Origin: Tubiluchus corallicola
Taxonomy: Eukaryota > Animalia > Priapulida
Assembly (NCBI GenBank): GCA_030141605.1
Contig: JAQGDQ010000001.1
Coordinates: 248,001-312,000, forward strand
DNA: 64,000 bases
Direction: 5' to 3'
Positions 36,851 through 64,000 of this stretch are shown here, one piece after another. Position 1 is the first letter of the stretch. Every line of letters starts with the position of its first letter. The notes beneath the pieces are model-generated. The model made no database searches and was not told the DNA's origin. It saw nothing but the letters and a program-made list of their open reading frames with translations. The position numbers and the translations under genes were made by a program.

Positions 36851-37459
36851 GGAAAGATTAACTAAAATCCAAATAACAGTGCTAAAGCAATAATGTGGTT
36901 ATGCTGGCTATACAATGATACTGTAATTAGATTAATACATTTGAGTATTATATATGTTGTAGCTATATTAGGTATTGACTTCTGTACAAAGTGTATCCAG
37001 TAACTATAATATTATTGTCTAGCATGTGATCATAAAAACAAACTCTCAGTTAATTTTATTGAACTAGTCAATGTGTATCCCGTTAATAATAGTCATAATT
37101 ATAGTAATATAAAACTTTGCAATCTGTCGTGATTAATCATAGTATCTATTTACTACTAGCAAGTACATTGGGCAGATAAAAACTCAATCAGTTTGATTCA
37201 TAATAAACAATTGTACTAGTCGATCTGCATCTCATAATAGCTAGTATAACTTTATAGCAGCACGTCAGTTTATATATATATATATATATAATAGTAATCT
37301 GTTGTTCTACATGTATATATTTTTCATTTTGTACTTTCCAATGTATGTAATGTTAATAGCGTATCTGCACAACAAATTGAATTGAATTTAATTGAGAGTT
37401 TTTTTAACAGATGGCAGTGTAAGACATCGCGTGATTTCGCCTGTCAATTATAGCCTATC

Positions 37460-40400
37460 ATGGCAGGCAACATAGGTGTTGAATTTCTATTTTTCAGTTT
37501 TATTTTTCTAATTTATCTCTCTACAACGTTTGTAACTAGTTACAAACCTGTTATTATAGTTCATGGTATATTAGACAGCCCCAAAGAGTTATCTAATTTA
37601 AAAACATTCATTTTGAAGGTAAGTAGATAAGAAAATGATTTGTGAAGTTGTGTAGAATAATTATGCTTGTTTGTTTTTTTGTGACTGGATGTAATAAAAC
37701 TGCGTAGCCACACAGTTACAGTTAACAATCTTTACACCAAAGGTTTTTTTGTTAAATGTATTTTTTAAGTGCAATCGTTATATTCGATGTCACGAATTTG
37801 AACTGTCTCGATAATCATACTCGTACGTAGCGTTAAACTCTACTTCCTACCCTATCTTTACTTAATAATAATAATAATAATACTAGTAATCGATTGCTTG
37901 CTCGCAAGCGTCTTGTAACTTAATAATCAAATACTACATGATTACTTTTGTGTTAAGAGTTTTAGTCCAGCTGCCAGCGGGATGAACCTTTTTTAATGTA
38001 AGTTTTTTCAGTGGATTTCTCATGTTCTGATGGTCTGCTTTAGACTTTAGTTTAAGAATATTAAGGGTGGTGTGCCATGGATCTTTCAAAACCATATAAT
38101 TTGTGCCATCAAGAGAAAATGAGTCACCTCGAACTGTTTTTTTCCATCATGTATGCTTGATTATGTGCTCATTCAGAAATTCGGAGTTGGCTTCTCTATA
38201 GCTTGCACTGATGAACTTAGTGGCTTGAGTTCCATTAGGCTGCTTTAATATTGCCAAATTCGGGAATGTCAAAATACATTCAATGTGGTTCTCTTTCCTA
38301 CACTTAGTAAGTGCATAGCCTTCTATCATCTCTGGAATTATGTTTTGATGATTCTTTACTGTTTAACTATTGTCATTTACCAATTCCATGACCATTGGTG
38401 TGTGAAATTATGATGCAAAAACTGATACAGCGAAACAGTATAGTCAGTCTTTGTCATCTGAAATAATAATGTTCATTACTGGCTTTTTTATGACAAATTG
38501 AACTTTTTCTTCGTGTATTCATTTCAGCTTGTGCTTTATTTTAATTCAGTTGTGAAATTTATTTTTTCTGTTAAGGCTGCCTGGCCAATGGCTAGTTATT
38601 TCCAGCTTACCAATGATGGCGGAATTGGAGATAATTTATAGGACAGAACTTCACAGATGTTTGTGTTATTGTTGAATTCCTGTAACTCTTTAATAAGTTA
38701 AACAATATTAGGCATTTTGCTCAATCCCACTTGAACAAGACCATCAATGCCACGTGAGATTGTTTCGTAGACCTTTGTGACCACTAGTTTTCAAAAAAAC
38801 TGTTGTACTGCAATACCTATGTTACCAAACTGACTACACTCAATGATAACAGTACAAGCTTCCCATTTACAACATTAGCTATGCTGAGGATATTGTTGTG
38901 TCGTTAGAAGATTTATACAAGCTTCCAGTTTTTTTGCACAGTTCTGACTTTGGCTTCTATCTTTTATGTGCCCTGAAGTGTTATAGGCCTATTTGTCATC
39001 ATGTCTCTTAGCTGAAATGTTCTAAGAATCTTCTTCACAATGAACATAATGACTCAGTGTTTATCTCTTTCTCTTTTCTTCTCTTTCAGTCTATACAAGC
39101 ATCATCATAACGAAAACAAATTTTATTAAATAACCTACCCATTAGTTATGAAGCGACTTTTGCTTGCTATGTTGTCAAGTAGAGATCCATAGGGTATGTC
39201 ATAGGCACCTAGCTAAGATGAGCAGATTAGCTAAAATTGTATTTATTATGGTTTTCCCAAGCCCCACGGATGAATGTCTAAATTTTTAGCCCGCATTCTA
39301 AACTGCACAGTTATAATTTTGCGAAACAGTATGCTTTAACTTAATCTCTGTAATCAATTAATGACAAAAAGTAATCGGTAATTGCGATTAATTAGAGCTT
39401 GCAGTATTGCCCACCGCTAACTTTATTACAGGGCGAAGCTATTTGAATTCACCTTTTGCTTATACTAACAATATTGAATATGCAAAACAAAATCAGTCAT
39501 CCTTACTTCCTGTCAACAAATATCCAGCTGCAGTCATGCACAGTGGCTTTTTGTAAATGCATGTCGCTATCACTAATCTAGCAACTAACTTTTTGTGTGA
39601 ATCTGTAACAGTGCATTTTGTTTCTTCATTTTTCTTCATTTGACTTCAATACAAAATTATTTATTCGAAATGAGTGTGCCTGGGTGACTGTAATTATTGC
39701 AAAGCCCTCCAAAGTTTTAAGGCCTACGTTTAGGGCTAGTGATTTTTGACTCACAATGAAAATGAATTTTGCCCTCAAATTGTTCGAGTGTTTTCATTAG
39801 TGACTGTGGCATAGTGAGTAAAAAGCTCTAACAGGAAAGAGCTTTTTTCTCGCTGCAGTGAGAAGAATCACTAGTGGCATTTTTGTCATTTTCACGAGCA
39901 ATTTAAAAAGTGATATTGTTTCTCACTGCGATTAGCGTTTTCTTGGGCAGTTTTATTGCTTCAGTGTTATAGCGATTTCTTCGCAGCAAGATTTGAAAGA
40001 GCTTTTTCTCACTGTGACTATAGACATTTTCACAGGCATTTTGTAGCAATATCATCAGCAGCGGTAGAATCGACAAAATAGTCTTTACTGATAATGTGAT
40101 CACAATGTGCTCATCTTTGTGCGAGCCTTGGGTTTTGTTTTTTATTATTTTTTCACTGTGTAGCAAAAACAAACAACTAAAGAGCCAACAATTGAATTGT
40201 AAACAATTCACTGTTTCTGTGCAGTGATGACTGACGATAACCAAAGACGATATAAAACTTTCAATAAATTAATGTCTTTTAGTGTACAAGTGTTTTTCAT
40301 CATGTTCCTGACTTACAGTTTGACTGAATTATGACTGAGACTCATGTGAATTGTTGCTTGTTTATCATAGTCTTTTTGCTGCTGCTTATGAAGATTCTTA

Positions 40401-43400
40401 TGTTTTTTAGTCACATCCAGGAACGAATGTGACCATTATTGATGCTTATAATGATGTGGAGAGTTTTGAGCCTTTGTGGCGGCAAGTTAAATATTACGGC
40501 GAAGTAATAGGTCGAGCAGTGAATGCAAGCACAGATGGAATTCATTTAATTTGTTATTCTCAAGGTATAGTATTTATTATCACATTTCTAGATTTTTTAA
40601 AAACAATGATATTGCCAACTAATTTGTAGTGATACTTCCTTGGTCTGACAGACTACTACTATATTCAACAAATTAAAATTATTTTCAGGTGGTTTAATCT
40701 GCTGGAGTGTGGTTAGCACGCTAAGTTACCACAATGTGAATAGTTTTATTTCACTGAGCGCTCCACAAAATGAACAGTATGGTGACACAGGCTACCTTCG
40801 ATATTTCCTTGGTCTGATAGACTACTACTATATTCAGTAAATTAAAATCATTTGCAGGTTCAATCTGCCGGGGTGTAGTTAAACACGCTAAGTTACCACA
40901 ATGTAAATAGTTTTATTTCACTGAGCGCTCCACAAAATGGACAGTGTGATGACACAAGCTACCTTCGATACTTCCTTGGTCTGACAGACAACTACTATAT
41001 TCAATAAATTAAAATCATTTTCAGGTGGTTTAATCTGCCGGGGTGTGGTTAGCACGCTAAGTTACCACAATGTAAATAGTTTTATTTCACTGAGTGCTCC
41101 ACAAAATGGACAGTATGGTGATACAAGCTACCTTCGATATTTCTTTCCTCATTATATGAAGCACAATATTTACATGTAAGTCTCGGCTTACAATAATAAA
41201 AAAATTGTCATTTTAGATTGCAACTCTCTTCTAATTGATTTGAATATATCACTTCAATTTATGCTTCAGTAAACTAAGTTTAGTAAGTACTAGCATATCG
41301 CATTGTTATAACACATTTTTTGTTTTTATAGGATATTTTACTCTACGTACGGGCAGTATTTTTCTGTAGCTAATTACTGGAATGGTGAGTATTTTTCATT
41401 ACCAAACGTTTAATTTCATGTTTCGTATATAGTCAAAATTGCAAAACACTCTATTTTTGACTTTTGTATTTTTTAATTTTGTCATGTAGGTTTTAAGAAG
41501 TTACAGAGGGCAAAATGCTGCCTGTTGAAGAACAATACATTTAAAATTATTAAATGCTATATGCCTTATCTCTTTATTTATGAATTGGATTTCCAGACTT
41601 TGCAGTTGCTTGAGAGATTCGTTTGAAGGGTGACAGTTTTAATTACATTATAATGTGAAGATATTGTTTCACTTTAGATCCACACCAAAGAGAGCTGTAT
41701 ATGAAATACAGTGATTATCTGGCACAACTAAATAATGAAACAAAAGGTGGTAACCCTAAAGCTGAAGGTATGACTAAACAACTATTGGTATTTATAATAA
41801 ATAAGTTAGTGTCTGTTTTGTTTTGTTTTGTGTCTGTTTATTACTAATATTATTGTATTCATTTCCTTCAGTTACAGTTCAGTGTAGTTTGGTTTTAAAT
41901 GTTTAATCATTGTGTGTTCATTTGTCTTGATATTAAGATCACAAATAATAAACTGATTATCAATCTCTGTCATCAGTATTGACTGCTGCATCAATATTTT
42001 TGCAGTCAGCTTCTTTTCCAAAGTTACCCACATCTTTTTTTAATCTGACTTGGGATCCAAGTACAAGTGTTTGTGGAGCATAGAAACTAAATTTGTTAAT
42101 TGACAAAACTAGCCTTTTGCTTAGGTGGCTAAATTCGCTAGAACAAAAACAAGTATTGTTTCAAAGGGTAAACAGTTTATGTGAAGCCATATTGAGATTA
42201 CAGTTCAACTGATATCTTTGAAGATATTAGGGAAATTTATTAGGAATGAGTGCTTGCAATATGCTTATAGTCAATTTTTCATTTTGCAGAATGGAAAAAG
42301 AATTTCATGCGCATAAAAGATTTGATTCTCATTGGTGGACCAGATGATGGCGTTATCACCCCTTGGCAGTCAAGGTAGTATTTTTTCGTGTTCACTCAGT
42401 TTTTACAAGTAATAACAAATAAAAAAGTGCATCAAGGAATTTAACTTTTTTGTAAAACTATCTACATTTCATAAAAAATCCAGTCAGTGCAGAGATCAAT
42501 TTTACCAAACTGCGAGTTAGTGCACACACCCTGCATATAGAAAAGGGCAACAGTATAGCCCTGAAATACCTGTTAACAATAGATTACTGCCAATACTGTA
42601 ATGACTGGTAATTTGAAGACGATAAACATTTTTTAATCAAACGGAAAAATTATCGTGACTTAAAAACAAAGTTGTTTGCTGCAGTTATAAAAATTTTTCC
42701 AGCCTTTGATAATCTTTGTGCAGATAATAAATTTAATTTTATGTTAGAAAGCAGAGATTGTGAAATATGTAATTTAACATCAAACTTTGTCATTGTTCAG
42801 TTTAAACTTTAAAGGTGGTTTAAATTAGTCAATGCTCAAATTAGTCCATCGTATCAAATTGTCCATGCAGACGCAACATTTTGTCATAGTTTAGTTTAAA
42901 CTTTAACGGTGATTAAAATTAGTCAATACTAAATTTAATTTATTCAGGTAGATATTCAACGTTTAGTACAAAGTTTAAATGACTTCATTACAAAAAGAAT
43001 GCAAAATAGCAAAATTACTGATTTCTTCAAGTAAGAATATGTGAGGGAGTTAATTACAGCACATTTTACTGTGATGTATTTTTTAGGCAAAAATTTTTAC
43101 AATTTAGAAATTAATCATTGAAATGAGTGTATAAACTACTTAAGTCAAATTGTAGATTTCCAAAACACCTTCCTGCTGTGACAAAATTTTCTCTTATAGT
43201 TTAAAACTACTACTTGTTATGCCTGCCTTCCATTCCCTAAATAGCTAGGCCTTGCACTCGCTTACACGTGTCCAATTGTAATACCATAGCAGTGCCTGTA
43301 GTAAAGGTTTGTTGCATAGGTGAGCATTAACATTGTGATGTATTAAATTGCGGACTGTACATTCATGGTATCCACATACCACAGGTTTTCTGGCACTGCT

Positions 43401-43795
43401 AACCCTTTGCTTGCTTGAAAAGTTTAGACTAACCAGTGCAACTGACTGGTAATACGTTTATATAATTTTGCGTTTGTATTGTTGTTGCAACAAAATGTTG
43501 TGGAATGCTGTCAGATGTATTTCTTGTCAAGAAATTATTATTATGTCACAAAACCTTTTCTAAGTTGTTTATTTTATTTTATTTTTAATTTTGCAGCCAT
43601 TTTGCAAGCTTCGATGCCAATGAGTCTGTTGTGCCAATGCGTAATCAGAAAATTTATGTTCACGACACATTTGGTCTCAAGTCACTTGATAAACGAGGTG
43701 CTATAAAATTCTACGAAGTTCTCGGTGTTAGTCATGTCACATGGCATAGTAATTGGACAGTTTTCGAGAAGTATATCGAGCCATGGCTGACGTAA
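37460..43795 (+). CDS. PPT2: Lysosomal thioesterase PPT2 (palmitoyl-protein thioesterase 2); 7 exons, 296 aa
   Basis: Exons 37460-37618, 40411-40564, 41025-41175, 41332-41384, 41678-41767, 42290-42374, 43597-43795 (891 nt, TAA). Hydrophobic signal peptide, then [23 protein letters not shown] (nucleophile Ser), [49 protein letters not shown] and IEPWLT. AATAAA at 43985. Confidence 0.94.
38130..39000 (-). mobile_element. Possible degenerate DNA-transposase relic (Academ-like) in PPT2 intron 1
   Basis: Minus-strand fragments [31 protein letters not shown] and [10 protein letters not shown] recall the EL.P.PPSL, SDDTD and HAL.GCD motifs of Academ-type proteins. Recognition is from memory only. 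Confidence 0.4.
40631..41145 (+). repeat. Three-copy tandem repeat (about 168 bp) containing the PPT2 exon-3 acceptor and the 5' part of the exon
   Basis: Units start at 40631, 40800 and 40967, each with gata[c/t]ttccttggtctga...aattaaaat[t/c]attt[t/g]cag|gt...ctaccttc. Only the third continues to the exon donor at 41175. Confidence 0.95.
42490..42780 (+). mobile_element. LINE 3' fragment (CR1/L2-group-like knuckle) in PPT2 intron 6
   Basis: [16 protein letters not shown]...IPVNNRL..CQYCND...EDDKHFLIK...YRDLKTKLF with frameshifts. Confidence 0.7.
42789..42936. repeat. Pair of direct repeats of about 54 bp
   Basis: gtcat[t/a]gtt[c/t]agtttaaactttaa[a/c]ggtg[gt/at]taaa..ttagtcaat at about 42789 and 42883. 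Confidence 0.75.
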
Positions 43796-44786
43796 GAGCA
43801 GCGTCATTTTTGCGTTAGCTAAAAATGGATGCTAAATTACTGCCTAACCCCGGTGTATGATAATGTGACTTTTACATAAAGCCTTCTACATTATTTTTCT
43901 GTGTGTAATAATTATATGGTCTGCCTTATGACTGATCTCTTTCTAGTTCTAAGACATTACGTACATACTATTGTCCATAAAAGGAATAAAATGATTGTTT
44001 TGACATGTTGGGAATTATTTGGAGTGTCAGAAGATTTATCATTGTCAGTGCCTTAGAACAAATATGATTTTGCCTTTTTGTCTTTTTTTTGCAAACTCCA
44101 GGAAAATTCAATCATGTAAAAATTAAAAAGCTATGGTGTGTGGTAAAACGGTCTTCAAAGTTTAGCATATGATTTTTTTATGATTTAGTTTCAGTTAATC
44201 TTCTGCACAGAATTAATGTTTGTTTTCTTTCAAATACTTGTTGTCTTCATCAAAATTTTTTTATTTTTCTACAAAGAGTGTTTCTTCTGAGATGTAACCC
44301 GAAAGGTGACAACCAGACATGCTGTGAAAAATTGTTTTTTCATTTATGCATCTGAACTTACATTCTGTGTTTGTTGTAATTGTATTATACAGTGTATTGC
44401 TGATTTGCAAAATTTATTTGCGTCTTCATCTCTTTTGCATGCATAAAAGTGTGCTTTGAAATTAGCATTGCTCAAAATTGATTTAATGCATTGTATTTAC
44501 TAAATTACATGATTTACTACACATGTATATTTTAACTTGTAATTAAAACCCTCTATTTTTTTATTTGGCAAAAAGTACATTGTGCAAAGAGAAGTGCAGA
44601 TGTGATAGCAATTTTTGCACATCTTGTATGTAAATATATGCAGATGATAGAAGTTTTTGCTTGTTATTATAAACAACCATGTAAATAAACACCTTGGAAG
44701 CCAAATGATTGGCTTTTCTTCAATGAACTACAATTATTTCTTCTTCCACTCCAAATTCGGTAATTGTTTATTGTAATTCTGTCTGT

Positions 44787-45164
44787 TAGAGGTGAGCATT
44801 CTCTACCAGAAAGCGAATTCGAATCCAATCGAATTTGTGACTTTTGAATTCGAATCGAACCGAATTTCAGTATTTCGCATCCGAATCGAATTTGAATTGA
44901 GCTTGAAAACTTTTCGAACAAGTTTTCAAACTGGTCTTACAAAGATCATGCATAATGCTTGATTTTGTTCTGCAGTAAAACCACTATTAGTTTGTTAAAA
45001 CTATTATTTTGCACAAAAACTGCGGTGACTGCATGATGTTTGAAACTTTTTAATGATAAAGAGCAGCATATGTGGCTGAAGTACTGAATTATTCGAATCT
45101 GTAATTTTAGGTTTGCATCGGTTTAGAACTAAAAATCTCGATTCGAACGTTACTACTCATTACT
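44787..45164. mobile_element. Degenerate MITE with CGAAT/ATTCG subterminal arrays (hAT-like)
   Basis: Dense cgaattcgaatccaatcgaat...cgaatcgaaccgaat at the left end and attcgaatc/gattcgaac at the right. Ends tagaggtgagc / actcattact are weakly inverted. Confidence 0.5.
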
Positions 45165-45399
45165 TTCGTAAAGTATAACCACTTTGGTAAAATGTCACTA
45201 ATCTTGTAAAAATCTTGTCCATTACTGTAAAACCAATTGTTGCTTGTGCTGTATCTGGTGTAAGTTAATGTGTAAAGATCAAATATTATTATTAGACCAT
45301 TCTTTACATAAGTGGCAAGTTTTCAAATCTGTTTACAAAATTAGTGGTCCAGTTATTTTTATAAAAGTGGGAATTTTTTCAACATAAATAATAGTAGTT

Positions 45400-46060
45400 T
45401 CATAATAGTGTGAAAATTTTTACAAATGAAATTGTAATCATTCGGGAAATAAAATTTTTGAGAGTCATTGTAAAAGAACACCTGACTTGGAAACCAAACA
45501 TAGATATGATTAAAAGTAAAATTTCAAAAAGTATAGGTGTCATACAAATATGTAGGTCTAAAAATTGCTTTACTAATTTACATCTAAAAACCTTGTACAA
45601 TTGTTTAATACTACCATACCTCACATGCAATTGTCTCCATTGGGACATACATATACAACTAATATAAGTAAATTACGAGTTATCGAAAGAAAATTGCTTT
45701 AGAATCATTTGTAGTCTTAGAAAAAGAGAACATCTTACTTTAACGTATTTCAAAACTAATAATATTTTAACAGTTGCAGATTTAATGCAAACAAATACAG
45801 CTATATACATGTAGAAAACTAAATATCATCTCTTTCCAACATTCCTTAATAATCAAGTCCAACCTAATAATTGGTATTATGCAACCAGAATGAATTAGTT
45901 CGCCATTAATTTCTGTAGAACAGACGTGACATGGCAATTCACTGCAAGTTTTGGTCAAAGGCTTTGGAATGATATAAATGATGAACTAAAAACTATTCAA
46001 CCAATCCAAAAATTTAAAGCAAAGATTTTCAATAAACCATACTTCTTAACATTCTACACC
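45400..46060 (+). mobile_element. CR1/L2-group LINE ORF2 C-terminal relic between the convergent PPT2 and DHX16 3' ends
   Basis: EIKFLRVIVKEHLTWKPNIDMIKSKISKSIGVI...LKTLYNCLILPYLT.NCLHW..., and GQRLWNDINDELKTIQPIQKFKAK; classic RT thumb/C-terminal pattern with stops and frameshifts. Confidence 0.85.
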
Positions 46061-46675
46061 TACTGCAGATCCTGGTACAGATCATGCAAAAAAGACGTCA
46101 TTGATATAAACTGATGTAAACATCGCACAATCTACTGTCTCTTTTCCTGCTATTTCCAATAACACATCTTTCTTTCAGTCCTGTGTCATCTAACCATTCT
46201 CCCTGTTCTTTTTTTTATTCACTTATCGATTCCTTTTCATCTGGTTCACATGACAGTGAGCTTATACAAGTCTTTGCTTGTATAATAATTTATTACAGTA
46301 TGAAGTAACTATTTTGATGTCACCATGTATTGAATGTCACTATATTGTCCTGAATGTGATAATAATAAAAACTTCAAAATCAGTGACATTTTTATCAAAG
46401 TGGTTATTTTTTACTAAAGTAGCTTTACAAACTTGGAAGTTTTACAATTTACTTTCCAACACAGCTTCAGAGCTATGTATTGTTTAGCAAATGTGTCCAT
46501 GATAATTATATTTATTTTCAGTGCTACCATGTCTACTGCCACTACGTAGATATTTTTATATTTACATTGTTGACAGTACAGTCTTGACATTTTTTCATAT
46601 ATACATGTAAACATATTTGGCATTCAATTTACATTAAATTACAAATGTTCTTTGAGTTTTACATTGTCCACATAA

Positions 46676-64000
<17,325 letters not shown>

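Noticed and set aside
40631-41145. Regularly spaced repeats that could suggest a CRISPR-like array or mutually exclusive exons
   Set aside because: The whole 168-bp unit is repeated with no unique spacers, the context is eukaryotic, and copies 1-2 have no donor site, so they cannot be simple alternative cassettes.

Overview
AT-rich, intron-rich animal (invertebrate-type) nuclear DNA; it is not prokaryotic, and almost all ORF-track entries are spurious or are single exons. Reading splice sites by hand gives six protein-coding genes: MCCC1 (minus strand, 3' end beyond the window), AGMAT/guanidino-acid hydrolase (plus, complete, head-to-head with MCCC1), two tandem PHPT1/janus-ocnus phosphohistidine phosphatase paralogs (plus), PPT2 (plus, complete) and DHX16/Prp2 (minus, 5' end beyond the window). 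Introns and intergenic DNA hold pogo/Tigger and hAT MITEs, a foldback element, a probable solo LTR, and Gypsy, LINE and possible Academ relics. No rRNA, tRNA or CRISPR array was seen. Most notable: (1) the two PHPT1 genes are only 144 nt apart, and the second has its own unpaired splice acceptor, a mitochondrial-presequence-like extension and active-site changes; (2) an inverted duplication of AGMAT intron 6 ends at the terminal-exon 3' splice site; (3) a microhomology-bounded triplication of PPT2 exon 3 leaves two decoy acceptors; (4) PPT2-DHX16-PHPT1 linkage recalls the proto-MHC; (5) MCCC1 has a GC-AG intron. All coordinates were counted by hand; no alignments or database searches were run.
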